Source of the DNA: Planctomycetota bacterium
GTDB taxonomy: Bacteria > Planctomycetota > Phycisphaerae > WQYP01
Reading direction: 5' to 3'
DNA length: 49,654 nucleotides
NCBI GenBank assembly: GCA_021804985.1
Contig: JAJZGD010000004.1
Location: 1-49,654, forward strand
Shown here in pieces: positions 41,701-49,654 of the stretch. The position numbers and the translations under genes were made by a program. The notes beneath the pieces are model-generated. The model was given only the letters and a program-made list of their open reading frames with translations. It was not told where the DNA came from and did not search any database. Position 1 is the first letter of the stretch, and the number at the start of each line of letters is the position of its first letter.

Positions 41701-42581
41701 GGTGGCCCTCCGCCGTTGCCCACATAGGTCCCGTAGTCATTGCCCAAAATCCAGCCCGGCGTTCCGAGGGATGCGGGGCGACTCATAGTGTTCAGCGTCC
41801 CGGTAACCTTAACCCAGCCGTAGCCGCCATCGCCAACGCTAAATAATCCGCCATCGTTACCCGTAACGTATGAAGCCGGCGCGAAGTAGCCGCTCGCTGC
41901 GGAAAAGCCCCCCAATGACGACGCGGGGCCCGCCTTGACAGTGATTTCCTGGCTTATCTGGATCGGGTAACCGCCGTTCCCCGCAGTGAAATCACCGACG
42001 ACAGCGTTGCCCAATAACGAAACCGCGGTAGGGCCTGAACTCACCAGGCTCTCAACGGATTGGATCGTGGTGCCGCCACCCGACCCCATAACCCCGCCCA
42101 CGTAGCCATACTCGGTGGTCATTTTGGCAACGTACACGCCGTTCGGGGAAAACGGTCCAACAGCTACAACTGCAGGGTAAGTTACCGGGGGCACGTAATA
42201 AAACGCACCGGACGGGAGTGGCGGCGGGGGCGGGTTGAACCCTGAAGCCCCATTCCGAAATTGCGTTGTGTTCCGAATCGGGAGATACCCACCGGCAGGG
42301 ACGGAGGTCTCTTGTGCGGGATTGAAGTCAAACGATCCACTCTGGCTATTGCCGAGGCTTGACGTACCATAGGAGGTGGAGACGCTCGTTCCGACCGGAT
42401 ACCCCGCCGCGGAGACGTACTGGAACGTGGGCGACGCCGGTGCCGTCGGCACTACCGGCGCCGTTGCGGGTGCAGCTGCTATCAAAGGCGCTGTGAGGCT
42501 GGCCAAGGCCGCCGCGGCGCCAATTCCGCAGGCCAGTGGCACGCCTACTCCAATGCTTGCTGGGCGCGGAGAGCCTCTCAT
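38721..42581 (-). CDS. Large PEP-CTERM surface protein with T5SS/PEP-CTERM-associated beta-strand repeats
   Basis: Signal peptide, then many G/T/S-rich repeats (L-T-V/I-G-x-x-G-x-G-T-L-T-I/V-x-N, W-x-V-x-G). C-terminal TPEPAALGLLAVAGIGLLLRQRRR exosortase signal. Confidence 0.9.
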   Translation of the reverse strand: MRGSPRPASIGVGVPLACGIGAAAALASLTAPLIAAAPATAPVVPTAPASPTFQYVSAAGYPVGTSVSTSYGTSSLGNSQSGSFDFNPAQETSVPAGGYLPIRNTTQFRNGASGFNPPPPPLPSGAFYYVPPVTYPAVVAVGPFSPNGVYVAKMTTEYGYVGGVMGSGGGTTIQSVESLVSSGPTAVSLLGNAVVGDFTAGNGGYPIQISQEITVKAGPASSLGGFSAASGYFAPASYVTGNDGGLFSVGDGGYGWVKVTGTLNTMSRPASLGTPGWILGNDYGTYVGNGGGPPFKSPIPPTPGSSGYGPNQVDAQGFLTDPAEIFPTNHPHLGGPANGTGYGIVNVDGGTWNNSNGALQIGFGSQGFVTVDSGGSINLNNTPMVVGQDFPQVGNGGYQYLYSGVGTVVVNDGNLTSTGTGGYVVIGLSLGKYGSTGRLYLTGSASKASISSGILVGDGGYGLLAIENGASATSAAAYAAGPAKTYGTAGQPGSGNVVIDGAGSSWTVSGNADFGVSGVATVTVQNHGDLNIGGTLTLGDQFAGNGTLAVQADGTVESGDATLGNQAGAKGFANVSNINTLWTVDGDLTVGNAGQGTLTLSNNGEVITTGDGILGSQAGSTGSATVTDAGTEWQINGELKVGDNGNGTMQVENGGFVSLAGNLAIADSGGTSSLTLDGNGSRIIAGGTSVTVGGKGDGTLTVQNAADAIFSGASVSLGENSTGTGTLTVQGSNTMMSAGSLTVGSQGTGTVNVQDSATLSTGTNISLGDQSTGSGTLTIDGASVTDAGTLSVGGYGTGTLTIQNSGSLTVQGNDITLGEQNTGSGTLNLVGSGSTLTFNGDMTIGKSGSGTLSLSSNASFSGTSMTLASGTGFGGASTGGTGELDISGASSVLLSQDLTIGKYGVGTLAMGGSSVLANKGDATLGSQPGTEGSATLNFGSSWTVGGSLTIGSQGTGTVTVQSASSLIANGDSLTIGKGGGVGTLTATDQKTQVQYAGDLIIGKASDGTFNIQNGAVAQATANGTGDVYLAETSGINGNLNIDGSASSLSATNLVVGGTSSKSGGAGNVDLTAGGQLSVSKVLTMWKNGSLNLAGNNYSGGVTVGTGTAATAGNLAIYSSGELAASGAITGSVTNVDGTVSVGNGTPGTLKITGNFNQTGGVTKVSVYGTNSGQFSQLDATGKVSFSGGTVEFDFGNGFAPLKGQTFQFVDPPQSVDVSGSNYTFTGLAPGFDFTVNPDSNGLLFTALSNGVATTTATPEPAALGLLAVAGIGLLLRQRRRGNATIR

Positions 42582-42779
42582 GGTTCTTCTCCCAATAATT
42601 TATGTATTCCAATCAATTTCATGCTATCGCATAAATGGCATAAATTCAATCCAAATCTGCCGAAAATAAACCGAATGCGCATCGGGGTTCGCACCAATGA
42701 GCCGGATATACAGGCCCCATGCCTTGCCCACATAGCCCGGTCGATTTACGCCCTTGGCAACATGCATTATTGTAAATGA

Positions 42780-43799
42780 ATGGTAAAACCGGCCGTGCAA
42801 AACACCCAGGACGAAATGCTGCTTGAAGCCCAACAGGTGGTGCGGTCACAAGCCGATGCGCTCTTAACCGTCATGAATCGAATGGATGATACGGTTTGCC
42901 GGGCCATGGAACTGATTTATCGCCAAACCGGGCCGGATAAACCGGGCGTCCTGGTGGTAACCGGTATTGGGAAATCAGGCCTCGCCGGCCAACGCGTTAG
43001 CGCGAGCTTTGCAAGCACCGGAACCCCCTCGCATTTTCTCCACCCCGTGGAGGCCATGCATGGCGATCTCGGCCGGATACGCACCGGTGATTTGATCCTT
43101 ATGCTTTCATACGGTGGCCAAACGGATGAATTGATCCGGCTGATGGATTTTGTTAAACGCAGCGCGGTATCCACCATTGTGATCACCTCCACCCGTCAAA
43201 GCCCGCTGGGCCGTCTGGCCGACATCGCCATCGAACTTGGCAATATTGAAGAAGCATGCCCACTGCGCCTCGCCCCCACGACCAGCATTACCTGCATGAG
43301 TGCCGTCGCCGATGCTCTGATGCTTGGCGTGATGAGCATGCGCAACTTTTCCGCGGCCGATTTTGCGGCCTTTCATCCTGCGGGATCGCTGGGGCGAAAG
43401 CTGCTTAAGGTTTCTGAGGTGATGAGTTTTCATGCGGGCAAAAATCTGGTGGTGGTGCATGGCCAAAACACCCTGCGAGAGGCACTCGCCACCGAGCACT
43501 CCGCCGGTCGGCGTGCCGGGGCGCTGGTGGTCGTCGATAACAATGCAGCGATCGCAGGAATTCTTACCGATGCCGACATCCGCCGCCGCATTTCTTCGCT
43601 TGAAAGCATCATCGACAGCCCGATTTCTTCCATCATGACGCGAAATCCTAAGTGTATCCGGCCACAGCAACTCGCCAGCGAGGCCCTGGAGTTGATGAAT
43701 CGCCATCGCATCGATGAGCTTCCGGTGGTGGATGATTCCGGGCGGCCCTTAGGAATGGTGGATGTGCAGGACATGGTAAGCCTGCGGATTATAGAGTAA
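42780..43799 (+). CDS. kdsD: KpsF/GutQ-family arabinose-5-phosphate isomerase (SIS + CBS domains)
   Basis: VTGIGKSG, LHPVEAMHGDLG, EACPLRLAPTTS and FHPAGSLG, plus a C-terminal CBS pair. Confidence 0.93.
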   Translation: MVKPAVQNTQDEMLLEAQQVVRSQADALLTVMNRMDDTVCRAMELIYRQTGPDKPGVLVVTGIGKSGLAGQRVSASFASTGTPSHFLHPVEAMHGDLGRIRTGDLILMLSYGGQTDELIRLMDFVKRSAVSTIVITSTRQSPLGRLADIAIELGNIEEACPLRLAPTTSITCMSAVADALMLGVMSMRNFSAADFAAFHPAGSLGRKLLKVSEVMSFHAGKNLVVVHGQNTLREALATEHSAGRRAGALVVVDNNAAIAGILTDADIRRRISSLESIIDSPISSIMTRNPKCIRPQQLASEALELMNRHRIDELPVVDDSGRPLGMVDVQDMVSLRIIE

Positions 43800-43847
43800 T
43801 ACGGTGGCGGAAACGCGGCGGCGTAACAATGCAGGAGTGAAACACCC

Positions 43848-44390
43848 ATGAATCAGATTGAAAAAGTATCCCAAACTTATGAATTGATAAGTCCGGAAGT
43901 GCAGCTGTTGATCTTAGATGTCGATGGCGTGCTGACCGACGGCGGAATCATTCGGGATGACAGCGGCCAGCAGATTAAGCGGTTTCATGTCCGCGATGGA
44001 TCCGGCCTGGTGATGTGGCGGCGCCTCAACAAACAGGTCGCATTGATTACCGGCAAGGAAAGCCTGGTGGTGCAGCATCGGGCGGAGGAATTGGGCATCC
44101 AGTATGTTTATCAGAACGTCAGCAACAAGCTGGAAATTTATGATGATCTGCTCGAGCAACTTGGTTTTAATGCCCAGCAGGTGGCTTACATCGGGGATGA
44201 TCTGCCGGATTTGCCGATCATGCGGCGCTGCGGTGTACCCATTGCTGTGGCCGATGCCGCCGCGGAAGTTCGGGCCGAGGCCCGTTACATCACGCAGGTG
44301 GGCGGTGGCCATGGGGCCGTGCGCGACGCCATTGAATGGCTGTGCAAATCGATGAATCTCTGGGAACAGGTTTTGGCACGCTACCGCTGA
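43848..44390 (+). CDS. kdsC: 3-deoxy-D-manno-octulosonate 8-phosphate phosphatase (HAD)
   Basis: LDVDGVLTDG, FHVRDG, IGDDLPD and GGHGAVR; adjacent to kdsD. Confidence 0.93.
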   Translation: MNQIEKVSQTYELISPEVQLLILDVDGVLTDGGIIRDDSGQQIKRFHVRDGSGLVMWRRLNKQVALITGKESLVVQHRAEELGIQYVYQNVSNKLEIYDDLLEQLGFNAQQVAYIGDDLPDLPIMRRCGVPIAVADAAAEVRAEARYITQVGGGHGAVRDAIEWLCKSMNLWEQVLARYR

Positions 44391-44429
44391 CCCCCCGCCG
44401 GTAAACTTTATTTTGGATGACAACACTGC

Positions 44430-47400
44430 ATGATCCGCCGCCGCCTGACGATCTATCTGGTAAGCCTCGCCATTTCTTTGGCCGTTTTTCTGTGGATCAA
44501 GGCCAAATATTTCCAGCCTGAATTCCCGGTGGCACGCCACCATCTAAAACCCGTGCCGATTAAATCCGGCACCGGCGGCTCCAACTTAGTGATGGTGGAT
44601 CGCAAGCCAAATGGCCGCCTGCTTTATGTGCTGCGATTCCGGCGGGCGATCCCCACCGGAAATGGCCGCTACCACCTGGTGCAGCCACGCATGGAATTTT
44701 TTAGCAGCGGGCAAAATGCCATGTTGGTCACCAGCGATAAAGGGGATGTGTCGGTGGATCAGCTTGGCGGCCCACTTTCAAATCACATCTATCCACGGAA
44801 AGGCCGGCTTTACGGGCATGTGGTGGTTACCGTCGGGCCGGAGAAGAGTTTTGTTTCAGGCCAAAAGCAACGCCAGCCGGGGCAGTTTCAGATGCTTTTG
44901 TCGCGCCCCATTCATTTTAACTATCAGGAAGGGCTGATCACCAGCCGGGGTGCGGTGCGGGTGCACGGCGATCGCGTGGAATTTTTGGGCCGCCGCCTCA
45001 CTTGCGAATTAAATGTCGCGACCAAAAAGCTTGACTATCTGCAGATCGAGCATGGGGACTATCTAATCATCAAGCATGTGGGTGCTGCAGCGGCTGGTGG
45101 CTCGGGCGCGTCGGGCGCTGCCCCACCAAACTCTGCCCATCCCACCACTGCCCCCGCCAGACCATCGCAGAGCGTCGCCACGCGTCCCGCCACCACGCAC
45201 CCATCGCCGGCAACCCAACCCATTGGGGCTACTTCTCGCCCCGCGGCCGCATCGCAGAACCTGTATCGTCTGGTCTTTACCCAGAAGGTACATGTGAAGA
45301 TTGGCCGGCAGACGCTTTGGGCCCATCGCTTGCGGCTCTATTTTTCGTCGGCTCGCGGGGCGTCGGCGGGTTCCGGTGCACCTGCCGCGGCGGCCAAAAA
45401 GCCACCAGCTGGCAAAATCGCCGGGCCAGCTGGCACCACCGCCCCGCCGCCGCACGCCAAGACTGCATCCAATGCCGGGCGAACCCTTATCGTCCACTGG
45501 AAGGGGCCGCTGACGCTTCGGCCGGTGCAACGGCAAACGATCCACCTGATAAATAAAAAGGATGTGGTGCTGCAGGCGTTTGGCCGCAGCGGATCGCCAG
45601 TGATTCTGCATGATGGCCCCAGCCGCAGTGGCGTGGCCAGTGTGGTGATGTACCATCTCGGCGACCGCACCTTGCGAATGACGGCCAGCGGGCTTGCGCC
45701 CATTAAATTTGTTGACGCCACCGTCGGCACCATCACCTGCCGCAGCTTGCTTTATCAGGCCAACGCCGGGCGGTTGTTTCTCGGCGGCCCGGGGCAATGG
45801 ATATATCATCGCGGCACCAAACATCAGCAGACACGGCGGGGATCTTGGCGTGGTTCCTGGCAGAAGCAGATGCGGCTGGTGCTCGCCCGGTTACCGGACG
45901 GCAAATCAGCTATTAAGAGCCTGCGGATATTAACCGATGCCACACTTTATAATCACACGTTTCATCTGAAGGCCGATGCCATGCATGCGACGTTTGCGGC
46001 CGCCATAAAAGGAAACCCCTCGCTGAAACAATTTGTATCCCGCGGCCACGTAGAACTGCGATCAACAAATATCGCCGCCGCCACCGCCAACCAACAATCC
46101 GATACGCTGGATTGTGACCTGCTGCGGCTGACGACAAGCGTTAATGCCGCCACGCATCAGCGCCAACCCGCATTGCTGTATGCCGCCGGCAAGATCAGCC
46201 TGCATTTTTCACAGGCCACTGCGGGCACCGCAGCCACCGGCCGCAAGGCACAGCGCTACCATTTACGCAGCGGCTACCTGCAAGCCCACCTTGAGAATCT
46301 CGCCGGCGCCGGCACTTTGGGCCGTCCCCATCCGTCATCTGGTCCCTTTGGCAGCACGGGCGGCAGTTTTTCCATCGGGCGCTTTCACGCGTGGAAGCAC
46401 GTGCGGCTGGTTATCTCGGGTGGCACCTATCCCATCCGCGCATCCTGCGACGATTTGCGCGGCAATCGCAACACCAAGTTGCTGGCGCTTATCAGCCACG
46501 CCACCTCCAGATCAATGGCCAAAATCCGCGAGCACCACAATTGGATTGCAGGACGAAATATTGAACTCAATGGAAAAAGCGATGACCTTAAAATCCCCGG
46601 CCCCGGCAGCCTGTATCTTTCGAGCCGCTCTCACGGCCATCAACCATCGGACATGCTGCTCACCTGGCAGGGGCGCATGTATTTTCGTAAGAAGATCGGC
46701 GAAGCAACTTTTTTCTCTCATGCGCTGGCCAAACTCGTCGGGCAACCGTTGCGTCAGAGCCGCCTTTCGGCACCCGTACTGCGTGTAAAGGTAAGCAATC
46801 GGCATACCGGCAAGATGCGACTATCCGAAATTTACGCGTTTTGTCTGAAACCTCATCAGCATGTTGAGGCTCAGGATGTCAGCTACGATTCGGCGCGACT
46901 GGTGGACACGCGTGTTTATTTGCACTGCCGGCGCCTGCGTTACGATGCGATAAAGCAGCATCTGCTGGTGGCTGGCAAAGGAAAACTTTTACTCGAGAAT
47001 TATCGATCCGCCCCCGCTCGCAAACATCAGTCGCAGCCGAATAACCGCGGGCAGTCGGCCTTTCAATGGAGCCGATCTCTGGATTACCGCGCCGGCACAG
47101 GGCATCTGTCATTAAGCGGCGCGGTGCGGCTGGTGTATCGCCCCATGAAGGCCTTTGTGTTGCCGCGGAGCATTGCGGGATCCAATCGCGGCCCCAATGC
47201 CGGGTTGATCCTTTTGAAAGCGGCGAAGCTTATTGCCCATTTGCTGCGGCCTCATCGGCAGGTCGCCAGCGGCGTGGCATTGGGCATGGGTGGCCCGGCA
47301 CGGCTTAAATCGGTGCATGCCTACAAGGCGGCCCTGGAGCTTGCGGGAACGCGGCTTACGGCGGACGTGCTGGCATTTGAGGCGCTGCCGCAGATTGCGA

Positions 47401-47549
47401 CGGCGTACAGCGCGCAGGGACGCGACGCCCACATCACCACCTATAATGGAAAACTTAACGCCGCAGCGAGGGAAATCATCTGGCATCTCGGTAAATCGCA
47501 AAGCGCTATCACGCTGGTGCAGCCGCGGGCCAGTGGCACCGTGCCATAA
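44430..47549 (+). CDS. Large membrane-anchored beta-rich protein, putative LptC/OstA-like LPS transport protein
   Basis: N-terminal TM anchor followed by LptC-like segments (YHLVQPRMEFF, ITSRGAVRVHGDRVEFLGRRL). Sits directly after kdsD-kdsC, where lptC normally lies. Confidence 0.6.
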   Translation: MIRRRLTIYLVSLAISLAVFLWIKAKYFQPEFPVARHHLKPVPIKSGTGGSNLVMVDRKPNGRLLYVLRFRRAIPTGNGRYHLVQPRMEFFSSGQNAMLVTSDKGDVSVDQLGGPLSNHIYPRKGRLYGHVVVTVGPEKSFVSGQKQRQPGQFQMLLSRPIHFNYQEGLITSRGAVRVHGDRVEFLGRRLTCELNVATKKLDYLQIEHGDYLIIKHVGAAAAGGSGASGAAPPNSAHPTTAPARPSQSVATRPATTHPSPATQPIGATSRPAAASQNLYRLVFTQKVHVKIGRQTLWAHRLRLYFSSARGASAGSGAPAAAAKKPPAGKIAGPAGTTAPPPHAKTASNAGRTLIVHWKGPLTLRPVQRQTIHLINKKDVVLQAFGRSGSPVILHDGPSRSGVASVVMYHLGDRTLRMTASGLAPIKFVDATVGTITCRSLLYQANAGRLFLGGPGQWIYHRGTKHQQTRRGSWRGSWQKQMRLVLARLPDGKSAIKSLRILTDATLYNHTFHLKADAMHATFAAAIKGNPSLKQFVSRGHVELRSTNIAAATANQQSDTLDCDLLRLTTSVNAATHQRQPALLYAAGKISLHFSQATAGTAATGRKAQRYHLRSGYLQAHLENLAGAGTLGRPHPSSGPFGSTGGSFSIGRFHAWKHVRLVISGGTYPIRASCDDLRGNRNTKLLALISHATSRSMAKIREHHNWIAGRNIELNGKSDDLKIPGPGSLYLSSRSHGHQPSDMLLTWQGRMYFRKKIGEATFFSHALAKLVGQPLRQSRLSAPVLRVKVSNRHTGKMRLSEIYAFCLKPHQHVEAQDVSYDSARLVDTRVYLHCRRLRYDAIKQHLLVAGKGKLLLENYRSAPARKHQSQPNNRGQSAFQWSRSLDYRAGTGHLSLSGAVRLVYRPMKAFVLPRSIAGSNRGPNAGLILLKAAKLIAHLLRPHRQVASGVALGMGGPARLKSVHAYKAALELAGTRLTADVLAFEALPQIATAYSAQGRDAHITTYNGKLNAAAREIIWHLGKSQSAITLVQPRASGTVP

Positions 47550-47632
47550 AATGGCGAAGCGTTATGAAAAGATCGTCAATATTTTTGCTTTACGAATTTG
47601 ATCGCCGGCGCCGCAATGGCACGGAGACGCGT

Positions 47633-48193
47633 TTAAATAACAAAAATGGCCGCGGCGATCACCGTGGTCCACAGGGCGTTTTTATCCCCTTCCGCCGTCT
47701 GCACGATGTTTCGCGCCCGCACTGAATAGCCGCTCATGCGATATATTTCCTTCCGCTCATCGTAATTTTTGGCAGGATCAAATTCAATGCCCAGCGTCGT
47801 GGCCAGCATCGTTACGGCCGCGTCATCCACTTCATCGCGCAAACGCTCTTCCGTCAGGCCGTAACCTTCATAATGACTTATGTAGCCATAATGATCTTTA
47901 ATGGCCTTTGCCACCGCCACCCCGGCCCCGATGAGCCGGTTGGGTTCATTGGAAGCAACCTCACTGATAACGCCGTACGCCACCTGCCCCGCGCTTAAAC
48001 AACTGATTCCCTCGCGTGCGGTGATCATTTTGCAGCGTGCGGGCACAATGCCGGAAACCTTGACCAGGTTGAATTTTTGTATGCCGGCGTTGCGATAGGC
48101 AAGCTCCAGCGATTGGGCCCGAAAGCGATGGCGACCCACCCCGCGGGTCAAGAATAATTGGCTGGGAATCTGCGGTGAATTGTCACTGCCCAT
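47633..48193 (-). CDS. pdaD: Pyruvoyl-dependent arginine decarboxylase homolog, probably inactive
   Basis: FLTRGVG, AGIQKFNLVKVS, NEPNRLI, MLATTLGIEFD and WTTVIAAA match the family. The Ser-Ser cleavage site reads Ser47-Gly48. Confidence 0.85.
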   Translation of the reverse strand: MGSDNSPQIPSQLFLTRGVGRHRFRAQSLELAYRNAGIQKFNLVKVSGIVPARCKMITAREGISCLSAGQVAYGVISEVASNEPNRLIGAGVAVAKAIKDHYGYISHYEGYGLTEERLRDEVDDAAVTMLATTLGIEFDPAKNYDERKEIYRMSGYSVRARNIVQTAEGDKNALWTTVIAAAIFVI

Positions 48194-48520
48194 CTTCGCT
48201 CCAAAACCTTGGCTGCATCGCAGCTTACAACCGGCAGTTTAAACCAAAATAAGGCCACAAGAGAACCGGTGCCGTACTGGCCCATGCCTGCGGCTTTGAT
48301 CCAGCGGAGCCTGCCCGAGGTGCGTATAGCCGGGCATTTTGCCATCCGGCCGGGAGCCGGCTTCGTCAAAATCCGCCCCACAAGCAGGGTTGCGGTTGCA
48401 GAGATTCAAAAAAGCCTTATTTTATTACCCTGTTCGGTACTTGAGTTCGGATCCGTCCCCGGTGGTGGAGCGCCGGACGAACTCGACGAACCCCGTCTGC
48501 CATGTATAAGGAGAAGCTTC

Positions 48521-48826
48521 ATGGCCAAATCTCTCACCAAATCCCAGATCACTGCGAAGCTCGCGGAAGCCGTGAGCAAGCAGCACGGTGCGGAAGTGAG
48601 CAAAAAGCTCGCGGACACCTTCCTCAATTGTCTTGCCGAACTCGCCTACAAGGAAGCGAAAAACAAGTTCACGCTTCCCGGCCTCGGTAAGCTCATTATC
48701 AATCACCGCAAGAAGCGGATGGGCCGTAACCCAGCCACCGGCGTAGCCATGGAAATTCCCGCCAAGCGTGTGGTGAAGTTCCGTGTGGCCAAGGCCGCTA
48801 AGGACAGCATCCTCGGCGCCAAGTAA
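48521..48826 (+). CDS. hup: HU-family DNA-binding protein
   Basis: ATG 48521 after AAGGAG; LPGLGKL, RMGRNPATG and IPAKRVVKFR motifs. Confidence 0.95.
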   Translation: MAKSLTKSQITAKLAEAVSKQHGAEVSKKLADTFLNCLAELAYKEAKNKFTLPGLGKLIINHRKKRMGRNPATGVAMEIPAKRVVKFRVAKAAKDSILGAK

Positions 48827-48913
48827 GTGTCGCCGGGCCGTCGCAAATGCCCGGCACACCGCCCACTGGCGGCATGACGCATTCGCACCGTCAGAGAGGT
48901 GACCAATCCATCT

Positions 48914-48960
48914 TGCCCTTTCGCTCCTGATTCGTCTCGGGCGAAAGGGCATTTGGTTTT
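48914..48960 (+). terminator. Intrinsic terminator downstream of HU
   Basis: TGCCCTTTCGC...GCGAAAGGGCA perfect 11-bp stem followed by TTTGGTTTT. Confidence 0.65.
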
Positions 48961-49014
48961 AAATCTCGATGATCGCCGCGCACCCACGCGGCGCTGCAAT
49001 TGGCGCGCAGCCAC

Positions 49015-49052
49015 GCCCCGCATGCTGCCCCGCATGCTGCCCCGCATGCTGC
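49015..49052. repeat. 12-bp tandem repeat GCCCCGCATGCT x3
   Basis: Three exact copies at 49015, 49027 and 49039; degenerate GCCCCG/GCCGCATGCT copies continue to about 49150. Confidence 0.9.
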
Positions 49053-49180
49053 TGCGGTAACGGCTCCGGGCACGGCCCCGTGTATTCTGGCCCCGCATAC
49101 CGCGCCGTATACTGGCTTCCGCGCACTGCCCCGTAAACAAGCCGCATGCTCCGCCGCAAAGCAATGCGGGCGGCACCCTA

Positions 49181-49654
49181 TTACTTTAATCGCCCAATGA
49201 GATGATCCCCCACGCGCAGGGCGTTGGCCATCGCTGTGAGAGATGGATTAACCGCACCGATGCTCGGGAAAAAGCTGGTATCGACCACATACAGATTGTC
49301 CAGATCGTGCGCCTTGCAGAAAATGTCCAGCACGGATGCCTTGGGGTCCGTGCCAAATCGGCACGTGCCCGCCTGATGGCCCACACCGGCAATCGGGATC
49401 GTCTTTCCCAGGTACAGGTTATTGGGTATGAGATGCGGATGCATCTGCACATCTTCCAGCATGGCCTGCAAATGCTGCCGCAGCTGCTTGCATGCCTCTT
49501 GATTGTTAAATGTATAGCTTAGCCGGATGCTGCCATCGGGGTTCACCGTGACCCGGTTATTCGGGTCCGGCAGGTCCTCCGTGGTCAGCCAGAAATCAAC
49601 GGCATGCAGCGCCATTTCATCGAGCGTAAAGCCCGGCGCAAATTTTGGCGCATC
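49181..49654 (-). CDS. GMC-family oxidoreductase, C-terminal part (truncated by window edge)
   Basis: EDLPDPNNRV, GHQAGTCRFG, HDLDNLYVVDTSFFPSIGAVNPSLTAMANALRV. Confidence 0.9.
   Translation of the reverse strand, partial: DAPKFAPGFTLDEMALHAVDFWLTTEDLPDPNNRVTVNPDGSIRLSYTFNNQEACKQLRQHLQAMLEDVQMHPHLIPNNLYLGKTIPIAGVGHQAGTCRFGTDPKASVLDIFCKAHDLDNLYVVDTSFFPSIGAVNPSLTAMANALRVGDHLIGRLK

Noticed and set aside
48209-48520. 104-aa N-terminal extension of HU in the ORF track
   Set aside because: A strong AAGGAG ribosome-binding site precedes ATG 48521, where HU similarity begins.
49015-49150. Tandem repeat as a CRISPR array
   Set aside because: Units are 12 bp and directly adjacent with no spacers; no cas genes in the window.

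Overview
A mostly housekeeping chromosomal segment from a GC-rich Gram-negative bacterium. It is most likely Planctomycetota (Phycisphaerae-like); this is inferred from AtpD signature segments, the DUF1800/DUF1501 pair and a PEP-CTERM protein. Left to right it holds: a decayed AT-richer edge (small membrane ORF, IS256-like and AhpD/CMD-like remnants); a minus-strand block (GH2 beta-mannosidase, GH5, 699-aa secreted hypothetical, GT4, truA, asd, cupin); a canonical XerC/D dif site at 11307-11334, so the window probably spans the replication terminus; an epimerase, gltX, a plant-ARA1-like sugar kinase and a UbiD decarboxylase; an F0F1 ATP synthase operon with no epsilon gene; an S1-domain protein and an AhbAB-like fusion; DUF1800/DUF1501; gltBD; tRNA-Cys and tRNA-Val; a 1286-aa PEP-CTERM repeat protein; kdsD-kdsC followed by a giant 1039-aa protein in the lptC position; a pyruvoyl-dependent arginine decarboxylase homolog lacking its cofactor-forming Ser; HU; and a partial GMC oxidoreductase. 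The most notable items are the dif site, the giant LptC-position protein, an HTH-like insertion in GluRS and the apparently inactive PdaD homolog. All family calls come from motif recognition, not database searches.
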